DNA from: an uncultured Bacteroidales bacterium
GTDB lineage: Bacteria > Bacteroidota > Bacteroidia > Bacteroidales > UBA10428
Direction of reading: 5' to 3'
Assembly: GCA_964521285.1 (NCBI GenBank)
Contig: CAZFQS010000001.1
Location: 62,438 to 126,437 of the forward strand
Length of the DNA stretch: 64,000 nucleotides
Shown here: positions 17,942-28,599 of the stretch, in pieces
How the letters are laid out: the number at the start of each line of letters is the position of its first letter
Position numbering within the stretch: position 1 is the stretch's first letter
The notes under the pieces: model-generated
What the model saw: the letters and a program-made list of their open reading frames with translations, nothing else
What the model was told of the DNA's origin: nothing
Database searches by the model: none
Program-made: the position numbers and the translations under genes

Positions 17942-18727
17942 TTATTCATTCTTATCAGGTATAAAAAAATCATTTCGTGTCAGGCCGCATTCTCTAATTA
18001 TTTCCAACGCGTATTCAGGTCTTGTAAAGTTTTTATCAATATTATTTGTTCCAATAGTAAATTTTACTCCTGCCTGTTTTGCTTTTCTTATAAATTCAAC
18101 TGATGGTATTTTAAACCGGTTGTTTATCTCGATTGCTATATCATTTATTTTTGCAGCACTTATTACTTTATTCATCCTCTCCTCATTCCAGAAATAGTCA
18201 TATCTGTCAGACATTTGCCCGGGTAAATATGTAGGATTTACATAAATATCTATTGGTTCATTATTTAAAATATTAACTATTATGTTCACATAATAATCCA
18301 TAAAATGTTCTTCATTATCTATCCAGGTTTCTTCTTCAATCCAGATTCTGTTTCTTCTTCCTTTCTCATCTGTAAAGGTCATGGCATCTGTAAAAACATA
18401 ATCGAACTTTTTAACAGATTCTTCAGAGAATAATTTAATCCATTCTCTTCCTTCTGCCTGCATTCCCAAATAAAATTGAGGATATTTTCTTAAAACATTT
18501 ATGACTGAGTCAATCTGCGAATCATTTTGTATTGGAAATCCTAATCCGCAATTTACAGCAATACCATATTGTACACCATCACTTTGGGATTTTTGGATGG
18601 CTTCTTCTATAGTTAAATCACCCTTTAAGTGTATATGTAAATCAATTAAAGGGAATGTATCTATTTGCTGTCCTCGTACAGTAGCAAAAACAAAACTGCA
18701 GAATATCATCAGTAGTTCTTTTCTCAT
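17942..18727 (-). CDS. Exported PHP-like/amidohydrolase-fold protein of unknown function
   Basis: Signal-peptide-like N-terminus, DLHIHLKG, MQAEGREW, FDYVFTDAMT, IAIEINNR, GVKFTIGTNN (PHP-like C-terminal pattern). Confidence 0.55.
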   Translation of the reverse strand: MRKELLMIFCSFVFATVRGQQIDTFPLIDLHIHLKGDLTIEEAIQKSQSDGVQYGIAVNCGLGFPIQNDSQIDSVINVLRKYPQFYLGMQAEGREWIKLFSEESVKKFDYVFTDAMTFTDEKGRRNRIWIEEETWIDNEEHFMDYYVNIIVNILNNEPIDIYVNPTYLPGQMSDRYDYFWNEERMNKVISAAKINDIAIEINNRFKIPSVEFIRKAKQAGVKFTIGTNNIDKNFTRPEYALEIIRECGLTRNDFFIPDKNE

Positions 18728-18766
18728 ATTTTCAATTTCAACCTGAATTGCTATATTATGTTGTCA

Positions 18767-19855
18767 CTAGTACTTATCTTGCTTTCTCTTTTTCATACCC
18801 TCCTTGCACATTTTCCCGAACGCTCTGTCTTTTCTTCTTTTCTCAACAGTACTCATTTTAAATCGCAAATTTTCTTTTTCTATTTTCAGGTAATTATTAT
18901 AAGTTGCCTTGTCCAGTTTACCCGTTTCAATAGCAGCTAATACAGCACAGCCCTTTTCATGAGTATGTGTACAATCAGTAAATTTGCACTCTGCGGACAA
19001 ATTAAGTATCGAATCAAATGTTGTTTCTAATCCCCCTGTATTATCTGCAATCCCGATTTCCCTCATGCCCGGATTGTCGATTAAAACTCCTCCGCTCCCC
19101 AGCACTATTAATTCCCGGTGACTGGTAGCATGGCGTCCTTTCTTTGTGCTCAGACTTATTGTGAGTGTTTTCACAATTTCCTTTCCAGCCAGGTTATTTA
19201 TTAACGTGGACTTTCCTACACCTGAGGACCCCAGAAAACAGTACGTTTTACCTCTTTTCAGAACCGATTTTAATTTTTCGTATCCAGCTTTGGTATGATT
19301 GCTTATAGCCATTACCGGCATGTTTCCGATTCTGGCTTTCAATTTTTTTAATAAAGCTTTGGTTTTAGTTTCACCTATAAGATCCTTTTTGCTCAGTACA
19401 ATTACCGGTTTAACTTTAGCAGAATAACATATGGTTAAATATCGTTCCAGACGGTTTAAGTTAAAATCTCTGTCAGCAGACTGCATAATGAATCCAAAAT
19501 CAATATTCGCAGCAATAGGTTGTTTTTCTCCGAATTCTCCTACCGATTTTCTTTCAAGTAGATTTTTTCTTGGTATAATTTTACGGATTAAGGCCAGCTT
19601 ATCATTGAATAATGAGATGGCAACCCAGTCACCAACAACAGGAAAATCGGAACGATCTGAAGCTGTGAATCTTAAGTTACCGGTTATCTCAGCTGGAAAT
19701 TCATTTTTAGCTGTTTTTACAACATATCTTTCTTTATGTTCCGAGATAACTCTTCCTATCTCAAAAGATTCTAAGTTCTGTGCAATCCTGTATTTTTCCA
19801 GTTTGCTGCTATATCCTAAATCTTCCAGTGTCATATTTATCAAATTTAAATTCAT
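18767..19855 (-). CDS. rsgA: Ribosome small subunit-dependent GTPase A
   Basis: OB domain with VVGDWV, circularly permuted GTPase (LSKKDL, GSSGVGKSTL, TSHREL, DNPGMRE), zinc finger CKFTDCTHTHEKGC. Confidence 0.95.
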   Translation of the reverse strand: MNLNLINMTLEDLGYSSKLEKYRIAQNLESFEIGRVISEHKERYVVKTAKNEFPAEITGNLRFTASDRSDFPVVGDWVAISLFNDKLALIRKIIPRKNLLERKSVGEFGEKQPIAANIDFGFIMQSADRDFNLNRLERYLTICYSAKVKPVIVLSKKDLIGETKTKALLKKLKARIGNMPVMAISNHTKAGYEKLKSVLKRGKTYCFLGSSGVGKSTLINNLAGKEIVKTLTISLSTKKGRHATSHRELIVLGSGGVLIDNPGMREIGIADNTGGLETTFDSILNLSAECKFTDCTHTHEKGCAVLAAIETGKLDKATYNNYLKIEKENLRFKMSTVEKRRKDRAFGKMCKEGMKKRKQDKY

Positions 19856-20076
19856 TTTATTCTATATCCAAATATTCAACCTGACTCTTTTGCCAGTGCT
19901 TAGCTATATTGATAATTTGCCTAAAAGGGGTTGAATTTCCACAATCCGCTTAAATAAATTCTTTTAATGCATTCTGAGTTTCTCTTAAGTTATTATAAGT
20001 TAAAAAATATAAAAATACATAGTAAAACAGGCTAAATTTGTCCATAAGACTTTTTTATTTAAAAATATATGCTTAA

Positions 20077-20103
20077 TTTTAAAAGTAAAATATACTTTTA
20101 AAA
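20077..20103. promoter_or_regulatory. Candidate AraR (NrtR-family) operator: inverted repeat TTTTAAAAGTA-N5-TACTTTTAAAA
   Basis: Perfect 11-bp arms with a GT-N7-AC core, about 135 nt upstream of araA. The operon ends in an NrtR-type regulator. Confidence 0.55.
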
Positions 20104-20238
20104 ATATTACAATTTTCCCGTGCTTTTTACAATAATAGTCTGGATTTTCCTGAAAAATATGAATAGCACATAAATAATAGAATATAATATAGTATTAATA
20201 TACTTTAATAATTTAATAACAATCTTAAAAATTATATA

Positions 20239-21744
20239 ATGAATAACCCGGTTAATTATGAAGTCTGGTTTGTTACAGGCAGCCAGCATTTATACGGAGA
20301 AGAAACCCTTAAACAGGTAGAAAAAAACTCAAAAGATGTAGTTTCAGGCATATCAGATGCCATAAAATCGCCTGTAAAAATTAAGTTTAAATCTGTTCTG
20401 ACCACGCCTGAAGCAATAACAAAGATTTGCCATGAAGCAAACAGTTCGGAAAACTGTATAGGACTAGTTGCATGGATGCATACTTTTTCACCTGCTAAAA
20501 TGTGGATTACAGGCCTGAAAAATCTTGTAAAGCCTTACGTGCATATGCATACTCAATATAACAGAGATATACCATGGAATGAAATAGATATGGATTTCAT
20601 GAACCTTAATCAGTCAGCCCACGGAGGAAGAGAATTTGGCTTTATTAATGCCCGGATGGGCATTGAAAGGAAAGTGATTGTCGGTCACTGGAAAGATACA
20701 GAAGTAATAATAGAGCTGGATATATGGCTCAGAGCTGCTATTGGCAGGCATGAACTGTCAACATTAAAAGTCGCACGTTTTGGCGATAATATGCGTAGTG
20801 TTGCAGTTACCGAGGGTAACAAGGTTTCAGCCGAGATCCAGTTCGGATTATCTGTTCACGGATATGGTGTTGGTGACCTGGTCGACTATGTAAACAATGT
20901 ATCTGAAAGTGCTGTTAATGCTTTGTTTGATGAGTATAAAGAACAATATTCAATTAAAGCATCTATACTCGCTGACAAGAAATATATTGCTGCAATAAGG
21001 GATCAGGCAAAATTAGAATCAGGTATGAAATCTTTCCTTGAAGATGGAGGATTTAGAGCATTTACAACCACATTTGAAGATCTGCACGGACTAATTCAAT
21101 TGCCGGGACTTGCAGTGCAGAGGTTGATGAATCAGGGTTACGGATTTGGCGCCGAAGGTGACTGGAAAACTGCTGCCCTGGTAAGGGTGATGAAAGAAAT
21201 GGCTACAGGTATGAAGGGGGGAACCTCATTCATGGAGGATTATACCTATCACCTCGACCCTAAAGGAATGAAAGTGCTGGGAGCACATATGCTTGAAGTA
21301 TGTTCATCTATTGCGGCAGGTAAGCCCTCATTAGAAGTTCATCCCCTGTCAATCGGAGGGAAAGCTGATCCTGCACGCCTGGTATTTAAGGCTCCGACAG
21401 GTGAAGCACTAAATGTTTCACTTATGGATATGGGAAACCGTTACCGTTTACTTGTTAATAAAGTCGAAGTGGTTGACATTCCTGATTTACCTAAACTACC
21501 TGTTGCAAGAGTCCTTTGGGCACCGAAACCGGATTTGAAAGTTGCAGCCGGGGCATGGATACTTGCCGGAGGTGCACATCACACAGCATTTACACAATCG
21601 CTTTCAATTGATCATATTATTGATTTAGCTGAGATGGCAGGTATTGAATGCCTTGTAATTGATGAGAATACAAACATCCCTGATTTTAAAAAGGAAATAA
21701 AATTAAATGAGGTGTATTATTTTTTAGCTAAAGGTATCCGATAA
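20239..21744 (+). CDS. araA: L-arabinose isomerase
   Basis: [72 protein letters not shown]. Confidence 0.98.
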   Translation: MNNPVNYEVWFVTGSQHLYGEETLKQVEKNSKDVVSGISDAIKSPVKIKFKSVLTTPEAITKICHEANSSENCIGLVAWMHTFSPAKMWITGLKNLVKPYVHMHTQYNRDIPWNEIDMDFMNLNQSAHGGREFGFINARMGIERKVIVGHWKDTEVIIELDIWLRAAIGRHELSTLKVARFGDNMRSVAVTEGNKVSAEIQFGLSVHGYGVGDLVDYVNNVSESAVNALFDEYKEQYSIKASILADKKYIAAIRDQAKLESGMKSFLEDGGFRAFTTTFEDLHGLIQLPGLAVQRLMNQGYGFGAEGDWKTAALVRVMKEMATGMKGGTSFMEDYTYHLDPKGMKVLGAHMLEVCSSIAAGKPSLEVHPLSIGGKADPARLVFKAPTGEALNVSLMDMGNRYRLLVNKVEVVDIPDLPKLPVARVLWAPKPDLKVAAGAWILAGGAHHTAFTQSLSIDHIIDLAEMAGIECLVIDENTNIPDFKKEIKLNEVYYFLAKGIR

Positions 21745-21761
21745 AATAAAAACTAATAATT

Positions 21762-22475
21762 GTGCTTAAAACACTAAAAGAAAGGGTATTACATTCAAAT
21801 TTGAGTCTTGTTAAACACGGACTGGTAATTTTTACCTGGGGAAATGTAAGCGGTATTGATCGTGAGAAAGGACTGGTTGTTATAAAACCCGGCGGGGTTT
21901 CCTACGATGATATGAAAGCTGATGATATGGTGGTCGTTGACCTTGAAGGAAATGTTGCTGAGGGTGATTTAAACCCCTCATCTGACACACCCACTCACCT
22001 TGTTTTATATAGAAACTTTGAGAAAATAGGTGGAATTGTACATACTCACAGCGAGTGGGCAACCAGCTGGGCACAGGCCGGAAGATCCATACCTGCTTAT
22101 GGTACCACCCACGCTGATTATTTCTATGGTGAAATACCTTGTACCAGAAAATTAACCAGAAAAGAAATAGATAAAGATTATGAATTGAATACCGGTAAAG
22201 TAATTGTTGAAAGGTTTAAAGAACTGGATTATGAAGCTTTGCCCGGTGTTTTGGTAAACGGCCATGCTCCTTTTGCCTGGGGGACTGATCCTGAAGAGGC
22301 AGTTCATAATGCTGTAGTTATGGAAGAGGTAGCAAAAATGGCATTGAGAACTGAAGTATTAGGGAATACGAATCCTGTGGACATGTATCTACTGGATAAA
22401 CATTACATGCGTAAGCATGGTAAAAAGGCCTATTACGGGCAAAATAAAAAAAATGACTCCCGGGACAAACAATGA
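21762..22475 (+). CDS. araD: L-ribulose-5-phosphate 4-epimerase
   Basis: [42 protein letters not shown] start. Confidence 0.97.
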   Translation: MLKTLKERVLHSNLSLVKHGLVIFTWGNVSGIDREKGLVVIKPGGVSYDDMKADDMVVVDLEGNVAEGDLNPSSDTPTHLVLYRNFEKIGGIVHTHSEWATSWAQAGRSIPAYGTTHADYFYGEIPCTRKLTRKEIDKDYELNTGKVIVERFKELDYEALPGVLVNGHAPFAWGTDPEEAVHNAVVMEEVAKMALRTEVLGNTNPVDMYLLDKHYMRKHGKKAYYGQNKKNDSRDKQ

Positions 22476-22529
22476 AGCAACATTATAATCTTTAAACATA
22501 TTAATATTTTAATATAAAAAGTATATAAA

Positions 22530-24209
22530 ATGAATAATATAAAATATGTTATTGGAATAGATTACGGTACTGACTCAGTAAGATCAGTTCTTGTTAATGC
22601 AGCAAATGGAAAAGAAATCGCTGATTCGGTCTTTTACTATCCGAGGTGGAAAAAGGGAAAATATTGCTCACCAGCCGATAATCAGTTCAGGCAACATCCT
22701 CTTGATTATATTGAAGGACTGGAGTATACAATAAAGGAATTGCTGTCAAAAAGCGGTACTGATGTGGCAAATAATATAGCAGCTATGGCTGTAGATACCA
22801 CAGGGTCTACACCTGTTGCTGTTAATGAGAAGGGTGTACCATTGTCACTGACCCCAGGATTTGAAGAAAATCCTAATGCTATGTTTGTTCTCTGGAAAGA
22901 TCACACCTCAGTCAGAGAGGCAGAAGAAATTAACCATAAAGCAAAGAACTGGGGTGGTACAGATTATACGATGTATGAAGGCGGTGTTTACTCCTCAGAG
23001 TGGTTTTGGGCCAAGATCCTGCATGTACTTCGAGAAGATAAAAAGGTTCGCGAATCAGCATACTCATGGGTGGAACATTGCGACTGGATACCGGCTTTGC
23101 TTACAGGTGTAACTTCTGTTCACAAAGTAAAAAGAAGCAGGTGTGCGGCAGGGCATAAAGCGATGTGGCACGAGAAATGGGGCGGCCTCCCTTCAGAAGA
23201 TTTTCTTGTATCTATTGATCCCCTGCTATCGGGTCTGCGGGAAAAATTATACACCGATACTTACACTGTGGATAAGCAGGCAGGGAAAATAACAGGGGAA
23301 TGGGCAAAAAAACTCGGACTCCCGGAAGGTGTTATTATTGGCGTTGGCGCTTTCGATGCCCATTTGGGAGCAGTTGGAGGTGAAATAAAACCTTATTATA
23401 TGTGTAAAATAGTAGGTACTTCAACCTGCGATATCCTTGCTGCTCCAAAAGAAGACCTTGGAGATAACCTTGTTCAGGGTATTTGCGGACAGGTTGACGG
23501 GTCTGTTCTCCCCGGAATGATAGGTCTTGAAGCAGGACAATCGGCATTCGGAGATGTATATGCATGGTTTAAAGAGCTTTTATTATGGCCTGTGGAAAAC
23601 ATTTTACAAAAATCCGATAAGCTTGATAATAATACCAAAAATGAACTGATGAAAAATATCACAGATGAGCTTATTCCTGTACTATCTGATGAAGCAAAAA
23701 AAGTACCAATTGACGAATCAGGAGTCCTTGGTCTGGACTGGTTAAACGGGCGAAGAACTCCCGATGCAAATCAGAACCTTAAAGGAGCTATTGCCGGCCT
23801 GTCATTAGGTTCCGATGCACCCAGAGTATTCAGAGCCCTGGTAGAGGCTACGGCTTTCGGGTCCAAGGCTATTGTAGAAAGGTTTATTGAGCAAGGTGTC
23901 AGAATTGATGGAATTATCGCATTGGGGGGTGTTGCTAAAAAATCAGATTTTGTCATGCAGGTTTTAGCTGATGTATTAAATAAACCTCTGCTGGTTGCTA
24001 CCTCTGAACAGGCCTGTGCCCTTGGTTCAGCAATGGCAGCATCAGTTGCAGGAGGTATTTATACAACCTTTGATCAGGCAAAAGAAAAGATGGGAAACGG
24101 GTTTGAAAAGGAATATCATCCAAATCCCGCAAATGCTGAAAAATATCAAAAGATTTATAGTAAATACATTAAGCTTGGAAAATTTATAGAAAATGAACTA
24201 ATTAAATAA
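22530..24209 (+). CDS. araB: Ribulokinase
   Basis: IGIDYGTDSVR, FRQHPLDY, VLWKDH, YSSEWFWAK, RCAAGHK, FDAHLGAVG, EAGQSAFGD, DWLNGRRTP. Confidence 0.96.
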   Translation: MNNIKYVIGIDYGTDSVRSVLVNAANGKEIADSVFYYPRWKKGKYCSPADNQFRQHPLDYIEGLEYTIKELLSKSGTDVANNIAAMAVDTTGSTPVAVNEKGVPLSLTPGFEENPNAMFVLWKDHTSVREAEEINHKAKNWGGTDYTMYEGGVYSSEWFWAKILHVLREDKKVRESAYSWVEHCDWIPALLTGVTSVHKVKRSRCAAGHKAMWHEKWGGLPSEDFLVSIDPLLSGLREKLYTDTYTVDKQAGKITGEWAKKLGLPEGVIIGVGAFDAHLGAVGGEIKPYYMCKIVGTSTCDILAAPKEDLGDNLVQGICGQVDGSVLPGMIGLEAGQSAFGDVYAWFKELLLWPVENILQKSDKLDNNTKNELMKNITDELIPVLSDEAKKVPIDESGVLGLDWLNGRRTPDANQNLKGAIAGLSLGSDAPRVFRALVEATAFGSKAIVERFIEQGVRIDGIIALGGVAKKSDFVMQVLADVLNKPLLVATSEQACALGSAMAASVAGGIYTTFDQAKEKMGNGFEKEYHPNPANAEKYQKIYSKYIKLGKFIENELIK

Positions 24210-24216
24210 AATTACC

Positions 24217-25353
24217 ATGAAAAAACTAGTTATATTCTTAGTAATTGTTGCTTTGGTATCATGTAAAACTAAAGTGGGCGATAAAGAGTCATGCAAATCA
24301 GACCTCTTAAAAAAAGAAGCATTTGAGAAAGAAATAGATGGGAAGAAAACAAGTCTGTATATTTTGGAGAATGCTAATGGGATAAAAGTATATATTACAA
24401 ACTATGGAGCACGTGTTGTATCCTTGCTGACACCCGATAAAGAAGGGGAATGTGCAGACATAGTCCTGGGATTCGATAATATTGACAGCTATCTTAAAGA
24501 CAAAATGTACCTGGGATGTATTGTCGGACGCTATGCTAACAGGATAAATGACGGAAAATTTACTATTGATGGTCAGGAATACAATTTATTTTTGAATGAT
24601 GGTCCGAACACCCTTCATGGCGGCCAAAAAGGTTTTGATAAAAGGGTATGGGATGCCAGACAGGAAGGTAATACACTGACCCTGTCATATCTGTCACCCG
24701 ACGGTGAAGAAGGTTATCCCGGTAACCTGCAGATAAAGAAAATATATACCCTCACAGATGAAAATGAACTTAAAATGGAATATGAAGCTGAAACTGATAA
24801 GACTACTATAGTGAATTTATCTCATCACAGCTATTTCAATTTAAAAGGGGAAGGTGATACAACTATTCTCGACCACTACTTAATGGCTGATGCTGATTAT
24901 TTTACACCTGTTGACAGCACACTTATACCTACAGGGGAAATAAGGCCTGTTGTTAATACTCCTTTCGATTTTACAAAAGGAAAGCAAATAAGTCAGGATA
25001 TAGGTATGGAAAATGAACAGCTGAAATTTGGCCTTGGTTATGATCATAACTGGGTACTTAATAAAGATTCGGCAAATGCACTTACTTTTGCAGTAAAACT
25101 GTGGGAAGAAACAACCGGAAGGGTCATGGAAATTTACACTACTGAACCTGCTTTTCAGTTTTACAGTGGAAATTTTATGGACGGCTCTGTCACTGGAAAA
25201 TCAGGGAAGCCTTATAAATACAGGGCTGCTTTGGCCATTGAGCCCCAGCATTTTCCCGATTCTCCCAATCATCCCGAATTTCCTTCTACAGTACTCAGAC
25301 CTGGTGAAAAATACAGACAGCTTAGTATTCTGAAATTTGGTATTTCCGAATAG
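24217..25353 (+). CDS. galM: Aldose 1-epimerase (mutarotase), lipoprotein
   Basis: Lipobox-like LVSC, GRYANRI, LHGG, DGEEGYPG, HHSYFNL, GYDHNWV, QFYSGNF, EPQHFPDSPN. Confidence 0.95.
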   Translation: MKKLVIFLVIVALVSCKTKVGDKESCKSDLLKKEAFEKEIDGKKTSLYILENANGIKVYITNYGARVVSLLTPDKEGECADIVLGFDNIDSYLKDKMYLGCIVGRYANRINDGKFTIDGQEYNLFLNDGPNTLHGGQKGFDKRVWDARQEGNTLTLSYLSPDGEEGYPGNLQIKKIYTLTDENELKMEYEAETDKTTIVNLSHHSYFNLKGEGDTTILDHYLMADADYFTPVDSTLIPTGEIRPVVNTPFDFTKGKQISQDIGMENEQLKFGLGYDHNWVLNKDSANALTFAVKLWEETTGRVMEIYTTEPAFQFYSGNFMDGSVTGKSGKPYKYRAALAIEPQHFPDSPNHPEFPSTVLRPGEKYRQLSILKFGISE

Positions 25354-25361
25354 ACATTAGT

Positions 25362-26045
25362 ATGCCGGTTTCCTTATATAAACACCCAAAACACCTTGTG
25401 GCTGTTGACTGTATAATCTTTGGATATGAAGATGATGAACTGAAGTTATTATTGTCGCCAAGGAGGTTTCAGCCAGCACAGGGCGAATGGTCACTAATGG
25501 GAGGCTGGGTACAGAATAATGAAACAGTTGAAAAGGCTGCTGAGCGAGTATTATATCAAATAACAGGACTGAAAGATATCTATCTTGAGCAGGTGCATGT
25601 TTTTTCAAATCCTGAAAGGGATCCCGGGGGAAGAGTTATTAGTGTTGTATTTTATGCAATGATCAGGATTGATAGACATGATAAAGACCTGCTTAAAGAA
25701 CATGGAGCAGTATGGTGGACATTTTCAGAAAAGCCTGATTTAATATTCGATCATGATCAAATGGTAGAATATGCCCATGAAAAACTTAAACTTAAAGCAG
25801 GTTATTCGCTGATAGGTGAAAATCTTTTACCTGAAAAGTTTACCATACTCCAGCTTCGTACTCTATACGAAGCTATCTTTCAACGTAAGTTCGACCCGGG
25901 AAACTTCAGAAAAAAAATACTGTCATTAAAGGTGCTGGAAAAATTAAAAGATAAAAATACTACTGCTTCAAAAAAAGGGGCTTTCTATTATCGTTTTAAA
26001 AAGCATCCTGAAGAATTTATTCACGAAAGGATTGTTAAACAATGA
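25362..26045 (+). CDS. araR: NrtR-family NUDIX-wHTH transcriptional regulator, probable arabinose regulator
   Basis: VAVDCIIFG, WSLMGG, LEQVHVFSNPERDPGGRVIS, FDH, DPGNFRKK. Last gene of the ara operon. Confidence 0.8.
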   Translation: MPVSLYKHPKHLVAVDCIIFGYEDDELKLLLSPRRFQPAQGEWSLMGGWVQNNETVEKAAERVLYQITGLKDIYLEQVHVFSNPERDPGGRVISVVFYAMIRIDRHDKDLLKEHGAVWWTFSEKPDLIFDHDQMVEYAHEKLKLKAGYSLIGENLLPEKFTILQLRTLYEAIFQRKFDPGNFRKKILSLKVLEKLKDKNTTASKKGAFYYRFKKHPEEFIHERIVKQ

Positions 26046-26064
26046 TTTCCTGACATTGGGAAAA

Positions 26065-27006
26065 TTATGCCCTCTCAGATTGAATTTTATTGATCACTTC
26101 AATTACTGTATTTCTTATTTCAACAGGAGATGGATTAAGTTCTTCAGCAGTAAACCTGCCTGTAGAAATTTTTATACGATCAAAAACCTGCAAATAAAGA
26201 TTATAAATTATATGTAAACTTAACAGGTACCGGGCTTCAATTCTGGCAGAAAGCTTTTCTATTTCTTTAAGGGTTTTTATTCTGTAATATTCTGCTTTTA
26301 AATAATATTCTTTAATTACATTCCGAAAATTTTCAGTTACAGGCTCCCCGTTGGCCAGTCTTTTTAAATCAGAAGGGAGGAGATTATTTTTCTTCAGAAT
26401 ATCAATTGCAAAATAGTTGAGGTTGTTAATCTGGTCTTTTTGAAAATCACGGATAATGTGCACAAGATAACTAAATAATGCACATGGTCTGGCAATTTCA
26501 ATAATGTTAAATGCCGGAGAAACATATTCACCATCTTCTTTTCTCAGACAACATAAATGAACAAATAATGATGCCGGGGCAACTGATGCTCCTTCAGCAT
26601 ATTTTAAAAAATCATTATATGTGGCAAATCCGTCATTATGAATATCATATATCATTGATTTCGCAAAATTATTAAATAGCTTTAACGGAATTTTAAACCA
26701 TGTAATTGTATCGATTACTTCTTTTATAAGAGGGTCATTTGAAGTCGACTTATCGAGGCAGGAGACCCAGTTATTTACTTGCCCGGTAAATAACTGCTTT
26801 TCTGCTAATGTTAAAGTATTATTAAGGGCTTTATGATCATCAATCATGTCATCAATACTGCGCATGAATTTGTAACATGTCTTTGCCGCATTATATCTGT
26901 CATCGTCCCAGAATCTTGCTGCAATAAGTATATTTGGATGATCATTAATCTTCTCAAAATCAATGTTGTTTAATATATCTCTGGTTTCAAAGTTGCTCTC
27001 AGACAT
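26065..27006 (-). CDS. Squalene/phytoene synthase-family (head-to-head prenyl) enzyme
   Basis: YKFMRSIDDMIDD, YAEGASVAPA, HIIRDFQKD (second Asp-rich motif). Directly downstream of the desaturase. Confidence 0.75.
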   Translation of the reverse strand: MSESNFETRDILNNIDFEKINDHPNILIAARFWDDDRYNAAKTCYKFMRSIDDMIDDHKALNNTLTLAEKQLFTGQVNNWVSCLDKSTSNDPLIKEVIDTITWFKIPLKLFNNFAKSMIYDIHNDGFATYNDFLKYAEGASVAPASLFVHLCCLRKEDGEYVSPAFNIIEIARPCALFSYLVHIIRDFQKDQINNLNYFAIDILKKNNLLPSDLKRLANGEPVTENFRNVIKEYYLKAEYYRIKTLKEIEKLSARIEARYLLSLHIIYNLYLQVFDRIKISTGRFTAEELNPSPVEIRNTVIEVINKIQSERA

Positions 27007-27018
27007 TTGAATATTAAA

Positions 27019-28509
27019 TTATTTGAATTCCTTAATTATTCTTTCTGCAGTCAATTTTCCCGACATTAATGCTAAAGGCACACCATTTCCCGGATGTGTA
27101 CACCCCCCTGCAAAATATAAATTTTTATAGACTTTATGCCTGTTATGAGGTCTGAAATAACCCATCTGCATAATATTATGGCTTAGACTTCCAAAGGTAG
27201 CGCCAGCCGAAAGATTAAAAAGGGTTTTCCATGTCTGGGGTGTATAACATACTTCAAATTTTATATGCGTTTCAAAATCATTAATCCCTTCTTTAGATAA
27301 TCTTTGAAATATTGCTTTGCGGGCGTGTGATTTTAACATTGCCCATTCCTGTTCTTTAGTGCTATCAATATGTCCTACCGGAACTATCGCGGTTATTGAA
27401 TCCTGATTCTCCGGAGCTGCCGATTTATCTGATTTAACAGGTGAATGGATATAAAATATAGGTTCTTCCGGAAGTGATTTATCTGAAAAAATTGTATGAA
27501 AAGTTTCTTTAAAGGATTCTGATACGAAAACAGTATGCTGCTCAAGTTGCGAATATACGGTATCAATTGCCCAGTGAAAAACAAAAGCTGAGCATGTATA
27601 GTTCAACTTGTTAAATCTCTCTGCCTTCCTGGTTTCAGGTAAAAGATTATTATAAGAATAAGGTAAGTCTGCGTTCGAAATTATTATATCTGCCGTGTGA
27701 AACGAATCATCTTCCAGAATAACACCCTCTGATTTATTATTATTTATTTTAATTTTTTTTACCGGTGAGTTCAGACAAAATTTCACATTATTTTCTGCTG
27801 CAATTGAGGATAAATTTTCAGTAATTTTTTGCATACCTCCTTCGGGAAACCATACTCCTTCAGTAAGTTCCATCGATGGTATAAGGGTAAATATAGCTGA
27901 TGCCTTATATGGGTTTTGGCCCAGATACATATTTTGAAAAGTGAGAATAGCACGCAGCAATTCATTTTTAAAATGTTTGCTTATATATTTATAATGATTT
28001 ATGTATGCTTTCGATCTGATTAGCAGAATTATGTTTTTAATTATTGAATAATCGAAGATACTATAATAGTTATGATCAATTAAATGTTTCATAGACTCTT
28101 TATATGTACTGTACCCCTTGTACATTAATTTCAGGAATTTATCATAACTTCCCTGTTCCAATGTCTCAAACTGCTTTTGTAATCCTGCCAAATCTGACGA
28201 GAAATATAATTCTTCACCATTATGAAATTTGACTTTATAAACCGGGTCCATACGATATAACTTCAACTCCTCCATAAAGTTTTTCCCAAAAGCAGTATAT
28301 GTTTTTTCAAATACATCCGGCATCATTAATAAGGTTGCTCCAATATCAAACCGATGTCCGTTCATAACAAAATTTCCGCATCTGCCTCCGGGAACCGAAT
28401 TCTTTTCAAATATTGTTACGTTATATCCTTTTCTGGAAAGAAATATTCCTGCAGTTATACCACCTATACCGGCTCCAATAATAATTACTTCAAGCCTCTT
28501 GCCCATCAC
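27019..28509 (-). CDS. crtI: Phytoene/diapophytoene desaturase family (CrtI/CrtN)
   Basis: IIIGAGIGG, FEKNSVPGGRC, FDIGATLL, VWFPEGGM, GATFG, FRPHNR, YFAGGCTHPGNGVPLALMSG. Confidence 0.85.
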   Translation of the reverse strand: MMGKRLEVIIIGAGIGGITAGIFLSRKGYNVTIFEKNSVPGGRCGNFVMNGHRFDIGATLLMMPDVFEKTYTAFGKNFMEELKLYRMDPVYKVKFHNGEELYFSSDLAGLQKQFETLEQGSYDKFLKLMYKGYSTYKESMKHLIDHNYYSIFDYSIIKNIILLIRSKAYINHYKYISKHFKNELLRAILTFQNMYLGQNPYKASAIFTLIPSMELTEGVWFPEGGMQKITENLSSIAAENNVKFCLNSPVKKIKINNNKSEGVILEDDSFHTADIIISNADLPYSYNNLLPETRKAERFNKLNYTCSAFVFHWAIDTVYSQLEQHTVFVSESFKETFHTIFSDKSLPEEPIFYIHSPVKSDKSAAPENQDSITAIVPVGHIDSTKEQEWAMLKSHARKAIFQRLSKEGINDFETHIKFEVCYTPQTWKTLFNLSAGATFGSLSHNIMQMGYFRPHNRHKVYKNLYFAGGCTHPGNGVPLALMSGKLTAERIIKEFK

Positions 28510-28599
28510 ATATTATTTAAAACAGCAACAATATAATTATATTTAATTTTACAATCAAAAAATTCATTTACATTATCATCAGGATTCCTCTGGTAACTT

